A stretch of DNA of 64,000 nucleotides from Octopus sinensis (Eukaryota), in contig NC_042997.1 of NCBI RefSeq assembly GCF_006345805.1, positions 102,300,001 to 102,364,000 of the forward strand. The letters are read 5' to 3'. Both the position numbers and the translations under genes were made by a program. Of the stretch, positions 1 to 13,762 are shown piece by piece. Positions within the stretch are counted from its first letter, which is position 1. The number at the start of each line of letters is the position of its first letter. The notes under the pieces were generated by a model. It did no database searches, was not told where the DNA came from, and saw only the letters and a list, made by a program, of their open reading frames with translations.

Positions 1-77
1 ACAGGATAGTAAATTGTACATGATTTTATGGAAGTTCTCTGACGTAACTCATTTAGATTAATTAATTTGACAGATAA

Positions 78-452
78 TCTTTATATATAAAAGTAAGGTT
101 GTGTGTCTGTCTCCTATGATTTAGATTCCTAACTACTCCCACATTTTGCGGTGCAGTTTAACCAAAACTTATCTTATAGTTGTGATTAATACCTTCTGGG
201 TATTAGCGCGCGTCTACGATGAGTCTATGATTTAAAAAAAATTTACCATCATTTTTTTCCATTTTAATGCATTTTTTCGCTATTATATAAGGGAAGTAAC
301 TCTCTAAAAATGTCTACGATGGATCAACGATTTAAAAAAAAATTTACCATAACTTTTTTTCCATTTTTTTGCTATTTTTTGGCTATAACTCTAAAAATGC
401 TTATATAGTTATTTCCCTTACAAACCCGAGCAATGCCAGGCGATACTGCTAG
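78..452 (+). mobile_element. Non-autonomous Helitron-type element, copy 1 of a tandem dimer
   Basis: Starts TC after an A (77|78) and ends with a subterminal hairpin-like CCCGAGCAATGCCAGG followed by CTAG (449-452). Closely similar to the adjacent copy. Confidence 0.8.
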
Positions 453-848
453 TCTTTATATATAAAAGAGAGGTTGTGTGCTGTCTGTCTCCTACGATTT
501 AGATTCCTAACTACTCCCACATTTTGCGGTGCAGTTTAACCAAAACCGGGTATCTTAAAGTCATGATTCATATCGAGCCCTTCTGGGTATTAGCGCGTGT
601 CTACAATGAGTCTACGATTTAAAAAAAAATTTACCATCAATTTTCCCCATTTTTAATGCATTTTTGGTATATATAAGGGAAGTAACTCTCTAAAAATTTA
701 TTAAATCTCAGAACGTAAAAAGCTACAGTAACACCTCCCCCCCTTTGTGGTTAGCCATATTGAGATGGTTATTATACTTTACATCTCTAAAAATGTTTAT
801 ATAGTTATTTCCCTTACAAACCCGAGCAACGCCGGGCGATACTGCTAG
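453..848 (+). mobile_element. Non-autonomous Helitron-type element, copy 2 of a tandem dimer
   Basis: Starts TC directly after the CTAG of copy 1. Hairpin CCCGAGCAACGCCGGG, then CTAG (845-848) followed by T, so the dimer sits in an A|T site. Confidence 0.8.
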
Positions 849-3550
849 TAAATAATACAAAAACAAATGTGCAAACAATACCATAAGAGAAACATGACAG
901 CGAAATATTAATAGATAGTCTTAACTAAAACCAAATTTTTATAATTTCTTCCAGTCAATGTAAAACAATCTGAACTGCACACAAAAGTATTTTATCTACT
1001 CTTTGAACCATTCATTACTAATTATGTTGCATCTCTGACAGCTCAGTACCTTTGCCAAGAACAAATTACAACACAAGGAACAGAATATAATTCAATAATT
1101 TTCTTTACTCATTGAACTGCACTGTAATAATAATGGTGTAAAAGAAGACATCCAAAAAATTCAGCTAACCTAGGATAATTAAAGCAAGTCAGCTGAATTA
1201 TCATTAAAGTGATAAGAGAAAACGAAAAGCAGAAAGAGTCCATATAAAAGGGTAATTAAGAGGTACATATGTTAGACGTTTTCTGTTGATTCAAAACTTA
1301 TAGTTGAAAAGAAAAGAGATTGAAATCAAATATATTTATAGCATAAATATAACTTTAGGGTTAAGGCAAGCAAAACATCAATTATCCTTTTATTTTTTTT
1401 GCAATATCCTCAATAAAACACAGCTGATCTATCTCACTGCTTTGCACATACAGAAGGTCCCAAATTTGGGAAAAGAACTTCTCTGCAACTGTTACAATAA
1501 ACACATCTTGAATGTAATATTACAACAGCTGAAAGTATGGATGACATCCAGTTGTGAAAAACCTTAGCAAAAATTTTGTGCAAAGCAATGTAGTTGGAAC
1601 CACTACTAAAAGTATCAATAGAACCAGTATAGCTCAGACAGGTTTTTCGAGCATTAAGAGGTACTAGATGTGGAATGCAGTAGTCTTCAGATCACATCCA
1701 ACATACACTAGCATTGTAAAACAAATATCAAGCTGATGATGCAAAAACAGTTTTCACAATATTTGCCTTAATATATTATACAAGAATAATTTCAATTATA
1801 TAAGTATTACATCAATATCTTCACAGACTATTTTTTTTTTTTTATTTACATCTATAATAAAGAGGGTTTTATGTCCTGATTTTCTTTTCAAACAAAACTA
1901 GTTCTCAAAATATATAATTTTTCTTTCCATGGTAAATGATCCCCATCCCAATCCTCAAAGAATGTTTTATTTCCCTATATTACTAATAAATATTTGACCA
2001 CTCCTACAAAGTTCTCACAGGATAAGTAAAAAAAAATAAACATATGATACATTAACAGTTGAAGTAGAGTAAATTAACTGACTTTTCTTGTTTTAACTTT
2101 TAAATGCCCCTAGTAGAGAATCTCTTAAATATTTATCTAAAAAATACAGACTGAAATGTTTTCTGCACAGTACAGAATAGACCTACAAATAATAAAAGTA
2201 CCATGTCAGAAAAATTACCACTTACTGCAGTTCACTGAATTTACTGCCAATCCTGACCTTGCTTATAACCTCTGGAATCAACTAGTTAATAATTAACCCA
2301 CACCTAGCCTCTTCAATAACACCAAACTACAGAATGGAGGAGACTATGAAAGTCCTTCTCATAGTTGAAAGTATGGATAGTTCGTACTTAGCTCAAACTT
2401 TCTGTAACATCTTTGTACCAAATATAACTGCAGGGTTTCTGTTCCTTTTATTTTGTCTGTAACTAGTCATATTGACTTTCATGTATTCCTTCAGTATTGT
2501 AATTGTTGTAAAATCTGAAGTCAACTCTGTCAAGTAGCCATATGGTTAAAGACAGCTACCTGATTGTGTATCTAAGTTTGATGTGTTAATTTTGTATTTT
2601 TTAAAAGACAGTAGGATGTAATCTGAAGGATATTTGGTTATTAATTCTAGCATATTATGTTCCCTTGATGGCTATTTAGTATCATAGTAATGGATGATAA
2701 TGCTATTATGGTAGCCCATTACATATAACTTATTACATAGCCTAATTAACTATATAAGTAACTAGTATAGCAGCAACTCCTCTTGTAAGTTACTGGAGGA
2801 TAACGAATTAGTTGTCTTTACTGGTTTTCTTGCATTGATTCAATAGAAGTAACACTGAAGTGCTTTCTTATTTTCTCCCGCAGCACTGCCTACTTAAAAG
2901 ACCACTTGTCAATTTTACAATAGCCCTACTATGTAGAGTGGTTAGTTGCTCCAGCTACTCAGAAGTACTTATTTGCAACTAGATGAACTGGGCTTTTTGA
3001 GAATATCTTGGCCACTAACATAATACAATGTTGATGACAAGACACAAAACACCAGCCTTTCAGATGACTTTTCTGATAATCTATCAACTAAATACTAATT
3101 ATCAATTCCTTAAAACTATAGAGCATATAGGATTGTATATTGCTAACATATTTCTCAAAAGCATTTGAAACATAAGTAAAATAGGTCAAATAGGGATCAA
3201 AACTAGGTCAGGATTCCGAATCCAAGAACCTAACAACTGCAAACAAGATGCAGAATTAATTACTAACAAAGGATACTTCGAAGACACAATAGTCAAGAAG
3301 TAAAAGCAATGTGTTTCCAGACCAAGTAATAATAAACCTTGCATTCTATCTGAAGATAAAGCACATCACTCAACTCAGCATGTGTGTAAGTGTCTATATA
3401 CATGTATAACTTCACTACAGAATGATTGTTATTAAAATACACCAATGGGTTAAGAAAATTTCCACCTTTGGAAAAACAGATGTAAAAATTATTTTTTAAG
3501 TAAAATAGAAAACCCAGCTGCCTTTCGTAATTTAAGAATTATTATTATAT

Positions 3551-4330
3551 AGGGTGGGTCAAAAGTCACTAAGGGGTTGCAATATTTAATAACCTTTTTT
3601 TTTTGAAAATTAATTGGAAAACAGATTTTATAAAGACCTTAGAGATTAACTAGAGAAAAGTTCACAACTGAACAGTGAACACAAATTGTAAAATTTTGCT
3701 TGCCAAGAGAATCAGTGATTAAACGTTTAATTGGTCATTTTGAGGGACAGGGTTCAGAGCAAACTTCCATGAACTGGCAGACCCCACTTCATTAAGAATG
3801 AAGCCACTGTCAGGCTTGTAAAGGAGAGTGCCGGAGAAGACCCGAGTACATCAATGCAAAATCAGTCTAGATAAAATATTCTGAAAACTTAACCTTTTTC
3901 TGTTGGTGCAACAAGTGAAGCCTACAATATGCAGTTAGATTCCAAGAATTAGCAAGAGAAGATCCCAAATTTATCCACAAGCTGATAGTGTCAGATGAAG
4001 CACATTTTCATTTGATTAACTTCATTAACAAACAGGATTTGGGGTTCAAAAAAATCCTAAGGCAATTCACCAAAGGGAATTGCATCCCCTAAAGAGTATG
4101 GTCTGGTGTGAGGTTACGTCAGAAGTGATTAGACCTTATTTTGTTGAAGACAACGATGGGGACCTTGTCACTGTTATAGGAGATGAATATTGGTTTATGA
4201 CTGAAAATTTTGTACTTCCAGCATGTTGAGATAAACCCAACATATGGTTCCAATGGGACAGGGCCACAGCTCATGCAGCAAGAACACAATCCAACTGATC
4301 AAGCATATTTTTGAGAGAAGAATTTCCTAT
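3551..4330 (+). mobile_element. Degenerate Tc1/mariner transposon remnant (rosa/DD41D-like)
   Basis: Begins TA-TAGGGTGGGTCAAAAG (TIR-like). Translates to SDEAHFHLINFINKQ (from 3991) and WFQWDRATAH (from 4245), matching the rosa-type motifs FSDEAHF and WFQQDGAT. Stops and frameshifts present. Confidence 0.7.
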
Positions 4331-4589
4331 GGTTGCAACATATGCTGGCCATCGTGTTCTCCAGAAATGATGCAAGACACCTATTTCTGCCTCTCTATTT
4401 CTCTGTCACACTGACTTTTCATCACCTGATACTAGATTACCTCCTACAACACCCCCTCCATTATAGCAAGACACATGTTTCTGCCTCTCTGTCTCTATGC
4501 CACACGCTAACCTTTCATCCTCTGACATGAGTTCCCCTCCTCAAATGCCCCTGCCCTTCTCAAAATTCTTTGTCTTGTGAGTTACTTAG

Positions 4590-4892
4590 TGACCCATCCA
4601 GTGCTGGTGCCACGTAAAAAGCATCCAGCCCACACTGTAAAGTGGTCGGTATTTGGAAGGGCATCTAGCCATAAAAATCATGCCAAAACTAACCTCGCCT
4701 GCGCTAGTGCCATATAAAAAGCACTTAGTCCACCCTGCAGTGGTTGGTGTTAGTAGGGGCATCTAGCTGTAAAAATCCTGTCAAAACAGACACAGTAGCC
4801 TAGGGTAGTTTTCTACCTGGCTGGCTCCTGTCAACTGTCCTACCCATGCATGCATGGAAGACAGACGTTTGAGGATGATGATGAAGATGACT
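4590..4892 (+). mobile_element. SINE-like repeat with RTE-type (GAT)n tail (family D)
   Basis: Shares GAAGGGCATCCAGCTGTA-like and ACCCATGC..GCATGGA..GATGATGATG segments with the copies at 6631, 15770 and 16820. Confidence 0.6.
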
Positions 4893-5334
4893 GGATATGA
4901 TACCATGGTTATTGTAAATTTAAAACAAAAAATAAAGGAGTTAGTAAACAATCAAACCCCACCATAACTTTGCCCACCCTGTAAATATCAACCAATTGGC
5001 AGAGTCATTATAGCATAGAGTAGGTTGCAGTAATTGTTTCAGTTCTCTACACTCTGAGTTCAAATCCTACCAAAATCAACTCTGCCTTTTATCCTTTCGG
5101 GGCCAACAAAACAACAATGCTGTATAGGGCCAATTCTTGTTTCCCTCATTCGTTCTTTCTATTTGTCATTTATTCTCACTTTTGATTAAACCTAAAAAGG
5201 GATGGACTCCACTAGGTCTACAAATGCCTAAGACCTACCATTTGTCACAGCAGTGCCCTTACAACTCCATCAAGGAGTCATGGGTCTAAGGCAATGTAAG
5301 ATACACATATATACATACATACATATACATACAT

Positions 5335-5383
<49 letters not shown>

Positions 5384-6630
5384 TACTAGCAAACACACCC
5401 ATCCTTTGAACAGTTTAATTTGCTTTGGTGGTATTTTTTTCACCAAATAATTGAACTACCAGGAAGGTTTATCAGTCGCACGGCAATCTACATTTCCGAT
5501 TAACCTAGGAACGGAAAATTAAATTGAAGGCCAATTATTGTGGAGGTCGTTACACTTTAATGATCATAGAACACAAAGTTTGCAAACAATGCAAAGTAGA
5601 ACTACTGAAGTATTTTGGGAGTCGATAACGAATAATGACTACAAAATATAGTGGTTTTATATGAAAGTGAAATTTCTTGTCAGAAACAGCCACATAAATG
5701 GAGTAATGAAATTGAAGGAAGGTATTGAAACTTCTCCTCTGCAAGTTTATTTTTTTCAACAGCAATGGGAGCTACTTTTTTTGGAGAGATAAGCGAAAAA
5801 AAGCCCCTTTATTCTGTCTTCCCACATAGCTTGTGCATAAACTAACAGTGAATGCTGCATAAAGTTAAAATGGTATGGAGCTTTCTGAAAGATATGGTTA
5901 GCTTTCACTAGTGGAAGCAAAACTCTTATTTAAAGGTTGATTGATATGTGATTGTTTAAAGAAAGCTAGAAAAACGATGCTAAAATGTATTTGAAACAAT
6001 GGACAATAGTCAAAATATCACAATGGACGGGTAAATAAGAATCCTTAAAGTGAAACAACACACTGGTATTTGAAAAAAGGTATCAACAAATAGAAGAGAG
6101 GGAAGGGAACACTATCTTTCAAGTAACTCACAATAGGTAAAGGTAAGTTTGCCAAAGTTGAATGCAGTTTAAATATGGAGATTGTTTGGTATTGGATATT
6201 CATTGCGTACAGTGTTCCTAGTCGATTTCATCACCATGGCAGGTGGACAGTGGAAATAGACAAAATCCTTTCACTTTTATAAAAGATTAAAAATGTATGG
6301 AAGACCCTACATGCAAAAAACTATGTCCATTTACGTGGGATCTCTGGGCAAAATGTTATAGTACATGACCATCCTTGGGAGATAAGTAATGTTTGTGTAA
6401 AGTTTGATGAAAATCGGTTGAGAATTGTGGAAATGTATGTGTTAGTCATTATACAAACATATTGTGATTTATATATATACCAGATATATTGTGTGTAGAG
6501 TTAAATATACAACTACTACTGTATGAGTAGGAGCTCCACATAGATTATCATTATCCCTTCACTAATGTAAAGCCTACTTAGGAACTAAATATTTATACAG
6601 GTGTTTCTCTTAATTCCCACTATAAATAAC

Positions 6631-6910
6631 ATCATCATTTAATGTCCATCTTCCATGCTGACATGTGTTGGATGGTTTGACAGGAGCCAGCTAGGTAGAA
6701 GACTACACCTAGCTACTGTGTCTGTTATGGCATGGTTTTTACAGCTGGATGCCCTTCCTAACACCAACCACTCTGCAGAGTGGACTGAGTGCATTTTACA
6801 TGACACCAGTACAGGCAAGTTCAGTTTCAGAATGGTTTTTACTGCTGGACGCACTTCCAAATGCCAACCACTTCACAATGTGGACTGGATACTTTTTGCA
6901 TGACACCAAT
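6631..6910 (-). mobile_element. SINE-like repeat, family D
   Basis: Reverse complement of the family D 3' end: CATCATTTAATGTCCATCTTCCATGCTG...CAGCTGGATGCCCTTCCTAAC. Confidence 0.6.
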
Positions 6911-7441
6911 AGAATCACCAAGTAACTTGCAAGACAAGAAATTTTGAGAGAGAAGAGAACATTGGAGGAGGTGTGTGTACACACAATCATTTAGTGTCTA
7001 CATTTCCAGACAAGAGTATGTCATGGTAGAATTTTCTAAGGCTGGATGCCCTTTCTGTCAAATTCCCAAGTGAAATAATCTCCGAACAGGCCAGCCTTGT
7101 TTACATGGAGAACTGGCAACAAATGACATTGAAACATGCATTCTGTTTATAAAGGTCATACAACTTGTCAAGACATGTCAAGCTATGACATGCTTTCATA
7201 ATGGACAGTAAGCAAATGAGATCACTCATGAAACCATTGTTTACAATCAGAAAGCAACAAGAGAAATACAAAATCACTCACACAAAAATACATGTACACA
7301 TAAAACAAGTTTTCTTCAATTTCCATCAACCAAATGTACTCATAAGGCTTTAGTTGGCCCAGGGCTATAGCAGAAGATACTTGCCCAAAGCGCTTAGTGG
7401 GACAGACCTGAAACCACATGGTTGGGCAGCAAACATCCTAA

Positions 7442-7661
7442 CCCTTTAGCATTTAATCCAGCCATATCCTGCCCAAATATTCAAACTGTTCTATGTTAAA
7501 GCAGACTAGATCAAACTTCTCACACATAACCTACAATGTCATTCTAAAAATACACAAACACACCATTGGAATCTTGAAGCTACAAGATAATATGTGATTA
7601 ATTCAAAACAGTGTGAATAAATAAGCAATACATCTGACAAAGAAATCTGAATGCTAAAGGC
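7442..7661. mobile_element. piggyBac-like MITE
   Basis: Terminal inverted repeats CCCTTTAGCATT and AATGCTAAAGG(C), flanked by CTAA and TTAA. Confidence 0.55.
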
Positions 7662-8510
7662 TTAATTACACAGCCATACCTCATTGTAAAAAAACACAAC
7701 TAATCAGACCAATCCCACTTTTTCCTGCTAACAAGAAGATAAGAAAACTTCTAAGAGGAAAATTCTTACTAGAAGTTATTGCATTATTTTAGTTTGTACA
7801 TTTTAGCCTTCTAAAGCAGGTTAAATGAGTACCACTCATGTACTGAATTAATAAAATCCATTCCACTTCTTCCGGAGGTATGTTTGGCCTTGGCCTTTTG
7901 TTAAAAATCAGTCGTTTGTAAGATAATGAAACAGCTGGACACAATTGTCCTACTTTAATTAGTAGATATATTCCTTTGTGTTCTTAGATATATTCCTTTG
8001 TGTTCTGAGTTCAACTCTCACCAGGGTTGACTTTGATATCTGCAGTAGAGAAAACAAGTACCAACTGTGTATAATAAATGCATTTCCTTTACAATTTGTT
8101 GTTTTGTGTCAATGTAGGAGATCATTCTTTTGTAGTTTGTTGACTCAATGATATGTAATTTCCATCAACATCATTATATATCTCCTTTTCCATGGTGATG
8201 AATTTTCTAAGTTTTATAGCAGGATTCCTATGCCGTCACCAACCTATTTAGATACTTCTTACAATGCACAGGGATACGGTATAACTATTCTAAAACAAGG
8301 ATACACATGATATGTATACATTTATATATATATAACCTAAAACATAATAAATAAGAGGATACTAGTGTATAGGATATAGATTATAAATATATAACATGTT
8401 ATACATGGAAATAAGTGAGGGCTGACAACAAGGGGATCCAGTCATAGAAAATCGACCTCAAAAAATTCTGTGTAACCTATATGAGCACGGAAAAGTGAAT
8501 GTCAATAACA

Positions 8511-8892
<382 letters not shown>

Positions 8893-9162
8893 TCATCATT
8901 ATTATAGGTAAGAAAAAGTTGGATATCTCAAAGCATGATACTATAAAATAATACATACTATGTGGTATATAACCTATATTTATGATAAAATATATTACAT
9001 TTTCCACGTATCTGGTATTTTTCAATTGTTTCATTCATTAGACTGCAGCTATGCTGGGGCACCACCTTGAAAGGTTTTAGCCAAACAAATCGACCCCAGT
9101 ACTTATTTTTAAAGCCTGATACTTATTCTCTTAGTCTGTTTTGCTAAAGCACTGTATTACAG

Positions 9163-9717
9163 GTACTATTAAATTAGTATCCAACTTTCTCACCCTCATT
9201 AGTTGATTGTAATTATGCTACATTTAATTTTGGATGTAGTATCTGTTTCCGTGAATTTTGGCAGGCCGTGGCAGGGGCACTTGAACTATAGCAGTGAATG
9301 CAATCGACTGGACTGCACGTGCGTTTATAGTGATGGTAAAGTCTAGCGTGCGGTCAAGTCAATTGTATTCTAAACGGGTTCGGCCGATGAGCTACCGATA
9401 AAAGTATATTATGTGAGTAAAATTACATAATTTATTAATTTATTAATAGCGAAACAATTGTCCCGAACTAATTTACATTTTTGCTATGTTTATTTGCCCT
9501 GTCTGCGCCAGTAGTTGTGCTAACTTTCATTGGAAACTTTTATGTGGTTGAAACCCATCAGATCTATTTTTAGTGCTAGAGTAGACCACATGGTGGTTAC
9601 TCTCTTATATTTATGTATAAAATGTATCGTAATCCGGGTTTTGTACGCACTAAGCCACTTGGTGTTAAATGGATGTACTATTAAATTAGTATCCAACTTT
9701 CTCACCCTCATTAGTTG

Positions 9718-9720
<3 letters not shown>
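9163..9720. mobile_element. 466-bp insert flanked by a perfect 46-bp direct repeat
   Basis: GTACTATTAAATTAGTATCCAACTTTCTCACCCTCATTAGTTGATT occurs at 9163-9208 and 9675-9720. Confidence 0.6.
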
Positions 9721-9806
<86 letters not shown>

Positions 9807-9826
9807 GGGAGAGAGAGAGGGAGAGA

Positions 9827-9864
<38 letters not shown>
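9721..9864. repeat. Compound (TA)n(GA)n(CA)n microsatellite
   Basis: Seen directly. Confidence 0.95.
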
Positions 9865-9868
<4 letters not shown>

Positions 9869-10699
9869 AGGCATTTTTCAGTTTCTTTCAACCAACTCTA
9901 CTTACAAGGCGTTGGTCAGCTGAGTTGTAGTAGAAGACACTTGGCCAAGGTGGGGATGCAAACAGGGCTTAACAGAGCTTGGATTGGAAAGATTTCTTTT
10001 TGCACCTGCAGTGCATAGATAGTAAAGATATCCAAAGCTGATTTAAGGGAGGTTTTCAGGATTAAGCTGAGATCTGACTTTCAATCAACAAATAATAGTA
10101 TTGTGGCAGATCTATTTTAGACTCACCAAGGAAAATGTGTGTATGTGAACATGCACAAATGTTGATATTTCACGGCTTGGCATTATAACCCATTGCTCTA
10201 CACTTTTAAAGAGTTGTGGACTAACAAATCCCTTCTGTGAAAAACAGGTATGGGTTGGTGACACCTAAAATAACTCCCCGTCTAACATGGACAAAGAAAT
10301 ATTAAAGAAACTAATGCTTTTTTCAAATGCAATGACCTGAATTAAGTAGATTTTGAGACTTGCAAAAATAACATCAGATAGAGCTAGTAAAGATCTTTTA
10401 TGACTGCAATGAAGTTCATTACAATACTGTTTCTTCTCATGAACTGCAGATTGGAGGTAACAGGAGATTAAAACAAAACTTGCCAATAGTTTAATCGTCT
10501 TAATCAAAATAAAAACAAGATATCACTTTAAGTCATGTAATTAAGGTAAATGATAAAATGGATCTCGAAATAATAAGTAATGTATCAATCACAACACTAT
10601 ATATATATATATTATATATATATATATTATATATATATATATATATATATTCCTCAAACAAGAATATCAGCCCACATCACTAACTCGGCAGGCATTGTT

Positions 10700-12450
10700 G
10701 CAGCCAAATTCAGAGAGCTTCCTCAACAAACTGGGGATACTGAAATGAAGTAGAGGTCATTCAGCAGTTTCTTCTTTGGTGTTCAATTGTGAGGACAAAA
10801 GTAGCTCAATATTGCACCATGACGCAGAACTCTTGTCATAACAAGGAAGTTAAAGGTGATGTTTATCAGACCCCCATCCACCCACCCCCACCAAAAAAAG
10901 GCAGGCAGCTTGGCTTGAAAACAAGTCTTCTATGTAAAGACAATAAAGACATCCAAAGCTAAGTAACAAGATTTGGAGGTTAAGGTGGAATCTGACTTTC
11001 AGTATTCTGGCAGACGATCTGCCAGCTACATAAGTCCCCTCCATATATGACATTAGGAAGTCATTGTATTTCTTCACTCTGTTGAAAAGTGCATCTTCAG
11101 GAGATGAAGAGAATTCTTTGCCCAGCACCAATATCAGATCATAACACTTTCAGGTGTACACAAAGTGCATTTGAAGCCGAAGATTACCCTCACAAAAGGT
11201 TGAAGTCATAAGAGTAATTAAAGCAACCAGAAGTGAGATGGATACTGGGGAGAATGAAATTTGGCCAGAGATGTTAAGAGAGAATGTATTATCTGGCTTA
11301 GCCATGTATGCCAAGTGGCCTGGCCTTCTGGAGATGCATCAAATCAATGACAATTAGGAGCGATAATCACAATTTTTAAAAAGGAAAACGAAAGTGCTTT
11401 AATAATAGAGGAAGCTCCTTGTTAAGCCTCCTCAGTGAAGTCTACACCAGGTGTCTGGAAAAAAGATGTAAGGACACTGACAAGTGCAAGTTAGCTGGGT
11501 GACTAAATATTCACACACTACCAAGTCTACAAGAAATTATAGGAATATTGTTAATGGGTATATAATGGTTTTGTAGACCTTGAAAAGGTATGTGACAAAA
11601 TGCTACAGGACATGCTGTGGACGGTTTTGCTGGAGTTTAGGAGTGATGAGCAGCTCCTTCTTGCCTTGAAATCTCTAAAGGAATGCCCTGTGTTTATGCT
11701 AACAAGTCTTTCAATGTGAATGTGGGTCTCTGCTCTTTTTTATAATCTTTATAAACTGGATTGACAAGCACAGCCATGGTCAAAGTGGTGTCAAAATTGG
11801 TGGGTGTAGGATTAGTCAGCTGATTCTTGCAGACAACATATTACTACTTAGCTTGTCACAAAGTTGTACACAGTCTGCACTAAGTATGTTCACTACTGAG
11901 TGCCATAAAAGAGGAGTGAAAATCAGTGTTGCAAAGACTGAGACATTGATCCTCTCAAGAAAGTCTGTCCAGTGCACTTTGTATGTTAGTGGGAATCACA
12001 CTGAAGGAGATTTTCATGAGTAATGGAAGGCAGGGAGCAAGAATTGTTGACATAGGTGTAATACTGCACCTGCTTCAATACTATCATCAGTAAAAAAGGA
12101 AGTAAATGAAAAATCCAAACTTGCTATATTCAATTCAGTTTCCATGCCTACCTGTACTTATGACAATGAATCCTAGATAGTGACCAAAAGAGTATGATCA
12201 TGAATATAAATGGCCAAAGTGGTGTTTCTTTGACAGGTTTGCTAGACTAACATCACTCAACAGGGTGATTAGCTTGGAAATCAAAGAGCCACTACTCCTT
12301 TGCATTGAGAAATCACTGCTCTGACACTACTGACATACGATTAGAATGTCTGATGTAAGAATCACAGAACGGATTTAACAGCAACATCAAAAGGCAGGAG
12401 ACATGGGGATAGGCTGTGAATAAGATAGTAAGAAAACAGTCAAGCCTTAG
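10700..12450 (+). mobile_element. Degenerate RTE-clade (Expander/Rex3-like) LINE remnant
   Basis: Fragmentary translations EVIRVIKA..EIWPEML, NNRGSSLLSLLSEVYTRCLE and EPLLLCIEKS resemble RTE ORF2 motifs. Many stops; boundaries approximate. Confidence 0.6.
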
Positions 12451-13662
12451 GGATCTCTCTTGGTATTCAGTAGGAACATTTGTTGATGGCTGCTTCTAAT
12501 AAGACCCTCTGGGGAGTGCATCTGAGAGTTCCATTCCTATGAGCTTTGCAAATGAATGGATGGAATATTATCAAGCAAGTGAAAGAGAAATTACTGGACA
12601 TGTAGAGAGATGTAACAACAAATGCACTCTTTTACCTCCATGCTCATTAGTGCTCTTGGAGATTATGACTTCAAAAGAAACTAGTAGACTGGTTTACCAA
12701 TAGTTAAGAAAAGCTAAGAACTAGATGAACTTTGTTTTGAACAGGAAGAGACAGAAAATAGTTATAAACACAAAACATATTTTTAGAAGTAATCTCCTAA
12801 TGTTGATTAAAAATATGTGTGATCAGATTTAATGTAGAAAAAGTAGGAAAAACTGGAATCAAAGAAAAGAGAGTATGGAAAAAGATAAGGTCAGCTTATA
12901 CTTAACTTTAGAAAATGTTTACATGGACTAAGTAAACAAAGAACTTATAAAGTACAGAAAATAGTTGGATGTGGCCACCACAAAAACTAATAACTAAAAT
13001 GCTAAAACTACCATGATAGAGCACTTCATTAGTTGACTGCATTGTAAAGAAGATATGATCTCTGATGACTATCAGAACAGGCACTCATCATCAAATGGGA
13101 AATTAATAATAGCCTATAATGAGTGAATGATATATCAGAGTTGTTCAATAGATGCGACTGTTAAAATTAGGGATAGAGTTGCAAGGCTTGTGGAATCAGT
13201 ACACAAAATCTTCAGTTCCTAAAGTTATGGAATCACTGAACTTTAATTCCTTTACTTGTTATTTAACTAATCATATATTTCTCATATTACTAGACATCAT
13301 ACACAACATAATAGACAATGTGGAATCAACAAGCTACATTTTAGCATGCTAATCAGGTTCAAGTCTGGATTTAAAGCAATAGCTCTGTAGTTGTGGCTTC
13401 ATTAGATTATTTGTTAACAATTAAAGATAAGACAAAACAAAGTTAAAAGATACTTTTTATCAAAAGGCTAATAAAGTAAAAGGATATAAAAACAAACTAT
13501 AAAAATACTGTAAAAGAAAATCAGGAATATCTTTGTTTGCCAGTTCTAAAATCTGAAGTTCACCTAAATCAAAAAACTAAAAAAACTGAACATTTAAAGC
13601 AACTTGACAAATGACTACTATTTTAAAATGAGCTCAATTTAAAACATAACCCCCTCCCTATG

Positions 13663-13762
13663 ATTTGTAAAATATTGAAAAATATCCTTACAAAATTTGT
13701 AAAATATTGAAAAATATCCTTACAAAATTTGTAAAATATTGAAAAATATCCTTACAAAATTT
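13663..13762. repeat. 32-bp minisatellite, about 3 copies
   Basis: ATTTGTAAAATATTGAAAAATATCCTTACAAA starts at 13663, 13695 and 13727. Confidence 0.9.

Noticed and set aside
10265-10507. Possible p38 exon 2 (polypyrimidine/AG followed by an open frame)
   Set aside because: No frame resembles the p38 VAIKKL/RPFQ/HAKRTYREL sequence.
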